Source: a virus
Lineage: Duplodnaviria > Caudoviricetes
Length of the DNA stretch: 34,387 bases
Direction: 5' to 3' (one strand)
IMG/VR virus record: IMGVR_UViG_3300032249_000242
Coordinates: 1 to 34,387 of that record
Shown: in pieces, positions 25,390-33,358 of the stretch
Position numbering within the stretch: position 1 is the first letter of the stretch
Layout of the letters: every line of letters begins with the position of its first letter
The notes under the pieces: model-generated
Database searches by the model: none
Told to the model about the DNA's origin: nothing
What the model saw: only the letters and a program-made list of their open reading frames with translations
Position numbers and translations under genes: made by a program

Positions 25390-26382
25390 ATGTGTACCAC
25401 CGAGGAAAAGTTTTTCACCCCACTGTCGGCAGCTGAATATCGGCTCCTCGATGTGCTGTGCCTGCTGTCAAACAGAAATGTGGCACGAGTTTCTATGGAA
25501 GAACTGGCTCGGCACACCCAGTCCAGCGAAGAGTCTGTTCGTCGCTCTCTTAGGAGTCTTGAGTCAAAGCAGTTGGTTGCTACGGCTCGAACCAAGCGGA
25601 ACCTAGGGAAGCTTTCTTACAACGAGTACACGCTGATTGCACCATCCCACAAAAATGTGGAGTCGGAATCTCTACCCCACAACTTACCAGCCCACAAAAA
25701 TGTGGGGTCAACAGCTGATATAGATATAGTTATTGATATTAGTAATAAAGAAGTAAATAAGACTACGTCTTATTTAGTGCCAAAGGGCACAAAAAAGAGG
25801 AAGGAATTTAAAGTGATTGGAAAGTGGTCAGAAGATGACGAGGTCAGTGGCTTTGGACTTTTCGATAGTGAGATTACTCAGAAGTCACCTTCAGCCAAGG
25901 TAAGTAAGCGTGACCCTAAGACTAGGAGCTTGCGACCACAGGAAGAGTGGACTGCTGCAGACGTTGCTTCAGAGTTTGCCTCTAGGCTTTACCAAGCCAT
26001 ACCCGGTGTTCCAAACCTAGTCAACACTGGCAACGTGCGTGGTGCTTTGTCTAGGATGCGTAAGCAGTATGACTCCAACGCTCTGATTGAGCTGGAGATT
26101 ATGAAGATGTTCTTTGAAGACCCTTGGGTTCAAGGTCAGGGCAGGGACAAGCCAGCATTTCTAGCTGGTCGTTTCCTTAAGATGTTTGCTAATAACTTTG
26201 ACCAAGCGCTCCAGAACTTGGGGCTACCAGCTCGGTCTGGACCTTCCGAAAAGTCCGTGTCGTCTACACCACGGGTTGAATTCCTGTATGCTTCAGATGG
26301 AGAACAGTTCGACAACTCAATGCCGGGGCGATTGGCACTTGAGCGATACGAAGAGTCTTTGAGGAGAACTAATGGCGTATGA
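25390..26382 (+). CDS. HTH replication initiator-like protein
   Basis: N-terminal winged HTH (SMEELARHTQSSEESVRRSLRSLESKQLV); internal DNA repeats; directly upstream of a DnaC-like ATPase. Confidence 0.7.
   Translation: MCTTEEKFFTPLSAAEYRLLDVLCLLSNRNVARVSMEELARHTQSSEESVRRSLRSLESKQLVATARTKRNLGKLSYNEYTLIAPSHKNVESESLPHNLPAHKNVGSTADIDIVIDISNKEVNKTTSYLVPKGTKKRKEFKVIGKWSEDDEVSGFGLFDSEITQKSPSAKVSKRDPKTRSLRPQEEWTAADVASEFASRLYQAIPGVPNLVNTGNVRGALSRMRKQYDSNALIELEIMKMFFEDPWVQGQGRDKPAFLAGRFLKMFANNFDQALQNLGLPARSGPSEKSVSSTPRVEFLYASDGEQFDNSMPGRLALERYEESLRRTNGV
25641..25763. repeat. iteron-like direct repeats plus AT-rich tract (candidate replication origin)
   Basis: ACCAtCCCACAAAAATGTGGaGTC (25641-25664) and ACCAgCCCACAAAAATGTGGgGTC (25686-25709), each containing the CCACA-N4-TGTGG palindrome; AT-rich tract at about 25717-25763. 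Confidence 0.7.
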
Positions 26383-27097
26383 CATCGCAACCTTGGGGTT
26401 TAACCAGCAACGCTGGCTACTCCACAGCTCTAACATCCCGCACCGTTTCTTAGGCATGGAGCCAGCAGACGTTATTAAGCGCGTGGGCAAGTTTCCTAAG
26501 CGAATCGATACTTGGATTACTGACGTCCTAGAAGGACGAGTAATTATGCGAACTGGTGGTCTAGGCGAAACTGGCGTTGGCCTGTTGTTTGACGGCGAGG
26601 CTGGGTTGGGCAAAACTACCCACTCGGTAATCTGCCTGACTGAGTTAGTTCGCAGACTGCCAAACGACGACGCTGCAATTCGCAAGCTGTTTAAGTATTC
26701 ATCGGACGACTACGGCGTAATGTCTAGGCCAATCTATTACATGACTGTTCCAGACTTTATGAACCGTAAGAAGGCGATGATTGATGCAGAACCTGCAGAG
26801 CGTCGTGAGATGCAGCTGCAAATGGAGGGGTTCCACGGCAGGTCTGTTATGGACCACTTGAACGTTCGTGTCTTAGTCCTAGACGACTTGGGCAAGGAGC
26901 TGAAGAGTGACTACAACGCTGCTGGTTTTGACGAGCTTCTTAGAGCTCGTTACGACAAGGGATTGCCTACAATAGTTACAACCAACCTCGACTTGTCGAT
27001 GTGGAAGCAAAAGTACGGTGAGGCCATGCAGAGTTTTGCGCATGAAGCTTTTCAGCGTATAGTAATCGGAGAAACTGATTTGAGGAGGAACAATTGA
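26372..27097 (+). CDS. DnaC/IstB-like AAA+ ATPase (helicase loader)
   Basis: SNIPHRF, Walker A GEAGLGKT, Walker B VLVLDDLGKE, RYDKGLPTIVTTN. Confidence 0.88.
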   Translation: MAYDIATLGFNQQRWLLHSSNIPHRFLGMEPADVIKRVGKFPKRIDTWITDVLEGRVIMRTGGLGETGVGLLFDGEAGLGKTTHSVICLTELVRRLPNDDAAIRKLFKYSSDDYGVMSRPIYYMTVPDFMNRKKAMIDAEPAERREMQLQMEGFHGRSVMDHLNVRVLVLDDLGKELKSDYNAAGFDELLRARYDKGLPTIVTTNLDLSMWKQKYGEAMQSFAHEAFQRIVIGETDLRRNN

Positions 27098-27399
27098 GAG
27101 AGAACGTAATGATTCACGACTGGAGAACAGTTCAGCTATTTCTAGAGCCATCAGGAGTTGCTGAGGTAGAGGTGGATTCACTAAATGCTAAGTTGGTTAA
27201 GTGCACCTGCTCCTCGTACAGCTCTGTGCGTGGATGCTCCCACACCAAGTACGTTAAGAAGAACATGCAGGAAAACGAGGGTCACTACACCGTTTCAATC
27301 CCAGTAGAGGTTGACGATGAAGATGCTATTGCTGCAACTTCTAGCGCCGAAGCTTTCCGTAATTTTATTATCAAGTACGGACGAGTAGAAGTTATCTAA
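27094..27399 (+). CDS. SWIM-type zinc-finger protein
   Basis: CTCSSYSSVRGCSH (CxC-x8-CxH); GAGGAGG upstream. Confidence 0.7.
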   Translation: MRENVMIHDWRTVQLFLEPSGVAEVEVDSLNAKLVKCTCSSYSSVRGCSHTKYVKKNMQENEGHYTVSIPVEVDDEDAIAATSSAEAFRNFIIKYGRVEVI

Positions 27400-27818
27400 T
27401 GATTAACGGAAACATTTCCAATGAGACTCCGCCACGAATTATTGTGGCTATGGAGGTAGTTGCTCGGTCTGAGACTATGACTGCTAAAACTCTTTTTGGT
27501 AAGACCAAGACTGCACGAAGGGTGACTGGGTTAAACAACGCCGAGCTATCTAAACTGTGGAACTCTTCATTCAATTATGGCCTAGCAATTGAGCTGGCTG
27601 CTTTTGAAGATGAAGGTTGGAATCAAGAGGATGTAGACAAGCTAATGGCTCGTCTAGACAACCGCGGTGGCAACCCATTTAACTACGCTGAGTTATACGG
27701 TAGTTTTCACGACCTAGTTGGTGAGCTACCGTATCGACCAAACCTAAAAGCTGTGATAGATTTACCGAACCAAGTTGCTCGGTACGGGTCATGGGGCTTA
27801 GACCTAAACAACTTGTAA
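27399..27818 (+). CDS. hypothetical protein
   Basis: 139-aa TAATG-coupled ORF in the replication module. Confidence 0.65.
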   Translation: MINGNISNETPPRIIVAMEVVARSETMTAKTLFGKTKTARRVTGLNNAELSKLWNSSFNYGLAIELAAFEDEGWNQEDVDKLMARLDNRGGNPFNYAELYGSFHDLVGELPYRPNLKAVIDLPNQVARYGSWGLDLNNL

Positions 27819-27837
27819 CATTTCCTGTGGAGGGCAG

Positions 27838-29097
27838 ATGGCATACGACAACGAATATCGGTTAGTTAGCAAAGTAATTGCTGACCGAGTAATCATCCCT
27901 GTTATTGAGCGGGGTATTAAAGACGACTGGATTGTAGACGACGACCTGCGTCGTGTCTGGAAGTTTGTGCGTGAGCACTATGCCAACTACCGTGAAGTCC
28001 CAACCATCATTGCTGTTACGGATAACTTCCCTAACTTCAAGGCTATCCGTGTAGAAGACACTGTTGACTACTTGATTGACAAGATGGTGGAGTTCCGGAG
28101 AAACAAGCTTACTCGAAATGGTCTTGAGACCGTACTTGAGAAGATGGGGCACAACGACCACGAGTCTGCACTAACGGAAATGAGCAAGACGCTTACCAAC
28201 GTCAATGCTCAGGGCGTGATTGGCACGACTCACATTGACGTAACCAAGAATCCAGACGCATTCTGGCAAGCGTACGAGAACATTCAAAACTCTGTACTAC
28301 TTGGTTTGCCAACTGGATTCTCCAAGATTGACGAGGCTACTGCTGGACTGCAGGGCGGTCAGCTCATCACGGTGATTGCTCCCCCTAAGACTGGTAAGTC
28401 ACAGATTGCTTTGAGAATTGCGGCAAATATCCACAACGCTGGCAAGATTCCGATGTTCCAGTCATTTGAGATGAACAACCACGAGCAGGTGCAGCGCTAC
28501 TTGGCTATGACTGCTAACTTGAATAGTGGTCGCTTCCGCCGCGGAAAGCTGACTGGTAACGAAGAGGACCGCCTACTAAAGTCCCTTGACGACCTGAAGA
28601 CTAAGCACCCATTCCATTTTGTGGATGCTATTAACGGTCTAACTATTGACTCGCTAGTTGCTAAGGCAGAGCAGTTAACTCCAGATGTGCTGTTTGTCGA
28701 TGGTGTTTACCTAATGCTTGACCAAGTAACTGGAGAAGCCAATACTCCACAGGCACTGACCAACATCACCCGCGGACTAAAGCGTGTGGCTCAGAAGCTG
28801 GACATCCCAGTAATCATCACCACCCAGACCCTGCTGTGGAAGATGAAGGGTGGCAAGGTTTCTGCTGACTCCATTGGTTACTCGTCGTCGTTCTTCCAAG
28901 ACTCAGATGTAATCCTAGGTCTTGAGCCTATCGAAGCTGTTGATGATGCTCGCACTTTGCGTATTGTGCAGTCACGTAACTGCCCACCTGACTCCACCGC
29001 TATTACATGGCGCTGGGACGCAGGTTGCTTCCACGACATCACCGACTCTGCTTCTTGCAAGTACTGCTCAATCCCTTACGGTATGGGCAGTGTATAA
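27838..29097 (+). CDS. dnaB: replicative DNA helicase, DnaB-like
   Basis: GLPTGFSKIDEATAGLQGGQLITVIAPPKTGKS, SFEM, LFVDGVYLM, QDSDVILGL; GGAGG RBS. Confidence 0.92.
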   Translation: MAYDNEYRLVSKVIADRVIIPVIERGIKDDWIVDDDLRRVWKFVREHYANYREVPTIIAVTDNFPNFKAIRVEDTVDYLIDKMVEFRRNKLTRNGLETVLEKMGHNDHESALTEMSKTLTNVNAQGVIGTTHIDVTKNPDAFWQAYENIQNSVLLGLPTGFSKIDEATAGLQGGQLITVIAPPKTGKSQIALRIAANIHNAGKIPMFQSFEMNNHEQVQRYLAMTANLNSGRFRRGKLTGNEEDRLLKSLDDLKTKHPFHFVDAINGLTIDSLVAKAEQLTPDVLFVDGVYLMLDQVTGEANTPQALTNITRGLKRVAQKLDIPVIITTQTLLWKMKGGKVSADSIGYSSSFFQDSDVILGLEPIEAVDDARTLRIVQSRNCPPDSTAITWRWDAGCFHDITDSASCKYCSIPYGMGSV

Positions 29098-30097
29098 CGT
29101 AGCGAGAGCGCTAGATGCGCTAGACATTGAGTACTACGAGTCCAGTGCCGAGAATGCTAAGGCTATCTGCCCGATGCACGAACGCATTACGGGTTCACCT
29201 GACCACAACCCTTCGTGGTTTATTCACCTAGAAACTGGTCAGCACATTTGCTTTAGTTGTGGCTACAAGGGTAATTTGCAACAGCTAGTTTGCGACGTAA
29301 AAGACTTGTATACAACCGTCTGGGGACTTGAGGGAAACCAGTACGATTACTCTGCAGCTAACAACTGGTTAGCCACTGCGATTGAGGTCACTATTGACGA
29401 CCTCAAGCAAAAGTTTGCCAGCCTACCTCAGTACATTACGCCCCCTCCACGGCCCCTTCCAATGTCTGAGTCTAGGCTGGCGCTCTACATCCCTCCTACC
29501 GAGGAAGCACTAGAAAGCCGAGCTATTACAGCTGAGGCCGCTAAGAAGTACGAGGTTCTCTGGAACGACAGGACCGCAACGTGGATTCTGCCTGTACGAG
29601 AAGCCCACACCAACAAGCTGATTGGTTGGCAGGAAAAGGGCACTATCGAGCGCACCTTTAAGAACCGCCCACCGGGAATGCAGAAGTCCAAGACTCTATT
29701 TGGCGTGAACCAGATGCAGGAAGACATTGCTATTGTTGTGGAGTCACCCCTTGACTGCGTGCGTCTTGAGACTGCAGGGGTTAATGGCTCAGTGGCAACT
29801 TTTGGCGCAATAGTGTCAGAGGCTCAAGTTAAACTACTAAGGTTTTCTAATAAGGTAATTGCTGCCTTTGACAACCCCAACGTAGATGCCGCAGGCAAGA
29901 AGGCTTGCGACCAGATGCGCGACTGGGCTAGAAAATACGGTATTAATCTGTTTTACTTTAACTACGGCACGACTGGGAAGAAAGACCCGGGAGACCTAAC
30001 TGACGAAGAGATTGCATGGGGCATCGAGAATGCTAAGTCTGCAATCCTAGGAGAACAAGCTTATGTTTACGGGGACTCTCAAGCCGTACCAAACTGA
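29090..30097 (+). CDS. DNA primase (Zn finger + TOPRIM)
   Basis: CPMH...DHNPSW...CFSCGYKGN; IVVESPLD; AAFDN; KDPGD. GTG start at 29090. Confidence 0.9.
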   Translation: MYNVARALDALDIEYYESSAENAKAICPMHERITGSPDHNPSWFIHLETGQHICFSCGYKGNLQQLVCDVKDLYTTVWGLEGNQYDYSAANNWLATAIEVTIDDLKQKFASLPQYITPPPRPLPMSESRLALYIPPTEEALESRAITAEAAKKYEVLWNDRTATWILPVREAHTNKLIGWQEKGTIERTFKNRPPGMQKSKTLFGVNQMQEDIAIVVESPLDCVRLETAGVNGSVATFGAIVSEAQVKLLRFSNKVIAAFDNPNVDAAGKKACDQMRDWARKYGINLFYFNYGTTGKKDPGDLTDEEIAWGIENAKSAILGEQAYVYGDSQAVPN

Positions 30098-31628
30098 GGC
30101 GGTAGCCCAGATGGTCGCTAAGCAACGAATGTTAGTTGCTTATGAGATGGGTCTTGGCAAAACCCCAATGACCATAGCTGCAATAGAAGAGCTGCGTGAG
30201 GCTGGCAAAGTAAACGGGCCAGTTCTAGTTCTCTGTCTAGCTTCTCTTAAATACCAGTGGCAAAAAGAAGTCGCCAAGTTTACAGATACAACCGCAGTTG
30301 TTATCGACGGAACCCCAAAGCAAAGAGCTGAACAGTACTCACAGGTTACTGCGCACGGCTACACCGTAATGAATTACGAGCAGGTGGTAAATGACTGGGA
30401 TACTGTTAAAGACTTTAAGTTTGCTGGAATCATTTGTGACGAAGCGACCGCCATCAAAGGCTTTCGAGCGAAGAGAGCCAAAAAGGTAAAGGAGTTGGCC
30501 AAGCCAGTTCCAGTTAAGTTTGCTCTTACAGGAACTCCCATCGAAAACGGAAGACCAGAAGAGCTGTACAGCATTATGCAATTTGTTGACAGCAGTATTC
30601 TAGGTCGTTTTGATTTATTTGATAAAACATTCATTGTCCGAAACCACTTCGGAGGAGTAGACCGCTACCGAAACCTTCAAGTTTTACATAAGACTCTATC
30701 CACAGCTTCAGTGCGTAAGTCACAGAAAGATGCAGATGTGGCCCCGTACTTGCCGAACGCCATCTATCGTGAGCCCCTACTAATTCCACTGGACTCCAAA
30801 GCTCAGAAGGTATACAACTACATTTCAGAAGATTTGATGCAACTATTGATTCAAGCCCGCGAAACTTTTGGTTCTGGATTTAACCTTGCCTCACACTATG
30901 GTCAGCTAAACAAAGCCGATGACCCCATGAATGAATTGCGTGGGCAGATTATGTCCCGTATTACTGCTATGAGAATGCTCTGCTCTACCCCAGTTGCACT
31001 ACGAGAGAGCGCCCGACTAGCAGAAGAAGGCAACGGTGGCAGCGGTTATGCGCACAGCATCTCAGCAATGCTTGAAGACCTTTTAAAGAGACCAAAGCTA
31101 GATGCGACTATTACATACTTAAAAGACCATCTAGAAATCGACCCCAGTTATAAGGCAGTTGTATTTGCCTCCTACCTAGGGGCTGTGACTGACCTTAGGT
31201 CAGCACTACAAAAGGCAGGCATTGAAGCTGTCGAGTACACAGGTAAAATGAACGCAAAGGAAAAAGAGAATGCAAAAGTTCTTTTTCAGACTACTGATAG
31301 GGTCCGTGTTTTTATTAGCAGTGACGCTGGTGGCTACGGTGTTGACCTGCCTCAGGCTAATCTGCTGGTTAATTATGACCAGCCTTGGTCTGCTGGACTC
31401 GCTGTCCAAAGGAATGGCCGAATCAATCGTGCGTCTTCGACGTGGCACACGATTACTATTCAAGACATTCTCATCAAAGATTCAATTGAACAAAGACAGC
31501 ACGACACGCTGAAGCAGAAATCAAACATCGCAGTAGCAATTCTCGATGGAGAAGGTATAAACTCTAAAGGAGGAGTTGATTTGACTATCGGTAGTCTTAT
31601 AGACTTCCTCACAACCAAATTAATCTAG
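30063..31628 (+). CDS. SNF2-family helicase
   Basis: LKPYQ, EMGLGKT, ICDEA, LTGTPIEN, SDAGGYGVDL, QRNGRINR. Confidence 0.93.
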   Translation: MFTGTLKPYQTEAVAQMVAKQRMLVAYEMGLGKTPMTIAAIEELREAGKVNGPVLVLCLASLKYQWQKEVAKFTDTTAVVIDGTPKQRAEQYSQVTAHGYTVMNYEQVVNDWDTVKDFKFAGIICDEATAIKGFRAKRAKKVKELAKPVPVKFALTGTPIENGRPEELYSIMQFVDSSILGRFDLFDKTFIVRNHFGGVDRYRNLQVLHKTLSTASVRKSQKDADVAPYLPNAIYREPLLIPLDSKAQKVYNYISEDLMQLLIQARETFGSGFNLASHYGQLNKADDPMNELRGQIMSRITAMRMLCSTPVALRESARLAEEGNGGSGYAHSISAMLEDLLKRPKLDATITYLKDHLEIDPSYKAVVFASYLGAVTDLRSALQKAGIEAVEYTGKMNAKEKENAKVLFQTTDRVRVFISSDAGGYGVDLPQANLLVNYDQPWSAGLAVQRNGRINRASSTWHTITIQDILIKDSIEQRQHDTLKQKSNIAVAILDGEGINSKGGVDLTIGSLIDFLTTKLI

Positions 31629-31636
31629 GAGGGATT

Positions 31637-32077
31637 ATGGTAAAGCCAATTGGAGAACCAAGAGAGTTCTCAAACCCAGATGACCCAAACGCTCAGATTA
31701 CTGAGTACATCCGTCTTGTAGCCAGCATTGACCACATGGACGAGCGCCGCAAAGAACTGCGTGAAAAGATTTTCTCTTATCTAGAGGACGAGGGCTTTGA
31801 AGACGAGAAGGGCAACCTTCAGCTTCCACTTGCCAATCCTATTGACGGCGTTCTTCGTATCGAGAAGTCTGGTCGCCGTACTCGTAAGCTTGACGAGATG
31901 AAGGCAGAAGAGATTATCGAATCTAATGACCTTGGTGATTCTGTCTACAAGATGGTTCGCGTCATTGACGAGGACGCACTTATGGCTGCTCACTATGAGG
32001 GCAAGCTAACTGAAGAAGAGATAGATGAGATGTTCCCAGTGTCTGTAGTCTGGGCACTAAGGACTGTAAAGAAGTAG
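31637..32077 (+). CDS. hypothetical acidic protein
   Basis: GGAGGG RBS; coiled-coil-like N-terminus; VIDEDALM motif. Confidence 0.65.
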   Translation: MVKPIGEPREFSNPDDPNAQITEYIRLVASIDHMDERRKELREKIFSYLEDEGFEDEKGNLQLPLANPIDGVLRIEKSGRRTRKLDEMKAEEIIESNDLGDSVYKMVRVIDEDALMAAHYEGKLTEEEIDEMFPVSVVWALRTVKK

Positions 32078-32078
32078 T

Positions 32079-32579
32079 ATGCCGGGAATGCGTAGCGAGG
32101 AGGAAATCCTCAAAGCTTTCGAGGGTCTGGACAAGGTTCCGGGTTCTCGTCAGCCACGCCGTCCTGACACACCTGTCGCACAGAAGAAACGTGCACAAGC
32201 TTTCGGGGAGTCTAATGGCTGGGATGAAAACCCAATCATTAAAACCCTGAATGGAGTGGAGACAGAGCTGTTTACTATTGGTGCGCTAGCACAGGCACTA
32301 GAGAAGCAGATTGTCACCATCCGTCTGTGGGAGAAAAAGGGTTACATCCCGATGGCTCCCTACAGACTTCGCTCAAAGCAGCTGAATGGCAAGAAGGTCA
32401 ATGGTAATCGTGTATACACACGTGCACTAATTGAGCTTGCCATCGAAGAGTTCGCCAAGCGTGGACTTTTAGGCTCAGCTCGTGTAGAGTGGAAACTGCT
32501 AGGCGACTTAACAGAGGTAATTACTTACCGATGGAAAGAAGCTATAGCCAAATCAAAACCGAGTAACGTCTCCGATTAG
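32079..32579 (+). CDS. MerR-like HTH DNA-binding protein
   Basis: FTIGALAQALEKQIVTIRLWEKKGYIP...GNRVYT. Confidence 0.78.
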   Translation: MPGMRSEEEILKAFEGLDKVPGSRQPRRPDTPVAQKKRAQAFGESNGWDENPIIKTLNGVETELFTIGALAQALEKQIVTIRLWEKKGYIPMAPYRLRSKQLNGKKVNGNRVYTRALIELAIEEFAKRGLLGSARVEWKLLGDLTEVITYRWKEAIAKSKPSNVSD

Positions 32580-32593
32580 AAAGAAAAATAACC

Positions 32594-33277
32594 ATGGCTA
32601 TTATTGAGCCCGAAATCGATGCAACAGACTACTTCGTCGACGACGTAGTAGAAGCCGAGCCAAAGCACGGCACCACCATTCAGGCAGGTTGGGACGCTGT
32701 TACTGCAGCATCCAAGCCAAAGCGTGAGTCAAGCAATTACCCAACTGACTTTAAGTTCGATGAAAAGGCACAGCTAGTGCGTTTCTTGGACAACGAGCCG
32801 TTTGCTGTTTACCAGCAGCACTGGGTACAAGTTCCAAATGAAAACGGAAGCCTGTCTTGGCGCTCGTTTGTTGCTCTAGGTGATGATGACCCGCTAACTG
32901 TTATTGCAGGTCTTACCCCTCGTCCAAAAGCAGCTTTCAACATCTTGAACCTCTCGCTAGAGCAGCCAGAAGTTCAGACTCTAACCGCTTCAGTAACTCT
33001 TGCACGACAGCTTCAGGCTGCCAACGAGGACCCACGCCGTGGACCTCTAAGCAAGTACTACTGGGCAATCTCTCGTCAGGGAATGGGCCGTGAGACTCAG
33101 TTCACTGTAGACCGCGTCAAGGCTACTGACCTTGCCGAGGAGTGGGACCTAGACTACGAAGAGATTGACGCAATCGCAGCTACTGCCCCTCGCTACGATG
33201 CAAAGTCAATCTACGTAAAGACCTATGAGGAACACCTCAAGGTCGCACGTCAGCTAGTCGGTACTGGTACCAACTAG
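32594..33277 (+). CDS. putative single-stranded DNA-binding protein (gp32-like)
   Basis: LVRFLDNEPFAVYQQHWV and ISRQGMGRETQF; located just before the polymerase. Confidence 0.65.
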   Translation: MAIIEPEIDATDYFVDDVVEAEPKHGTTIQAGWDAVTAASKPKRESSNYPTDFKFDEKAQLVRFLDNEPFAVYQQHWVQVPNENGSLSWRSFVALGDDDPLTVIAGLTPRPKAAFNILNLSLEQPEVQTLTASVTLARQLQAANEDPRRGPLSKYYWAISRQGMGRETQFTVDRVKATDLAEEWDLDYEEIDAIAATAPRYDAKSIYVKTYEEHLKVARQLVGTGTN

Positions 33278-33291
33278 TCCCACACCAAATC

Positions 33292-33338
33292 GGGGAGGTC
33301 ACGCCGTCTCCCTCCTCTCTTGCTAGCGTGACCTCCCC
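33292..33338 (+). other. perfect 13-bp stem-loop with a pyrimidine-rich 21-nt loop
   Basis: GGGGAGGTCACGC (33292-33304) / GCGTGACCTCCCC (33326-33338); loop CGTCTCCCTCCTCTCTTGCTA. Confidence 0.8.
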
Positions 33339-33358
33339 CACATTCTTTACGGGGCCGT

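Noticed and set aside
25641-25709. CRISPR mini-array
   Set aside because: Only two repeats with a 21-nt gap, in frame inside a CDS, and no cas genes. Iterons fit better.
28922-29089. N-terminal extension of the primase as given in the ORF track
   Set aside because: It overlaps the DnaB C-terminus by about 170 nt and has no primase features. The GTG at 29090 gives a normal short overlap just before the Zn finger.
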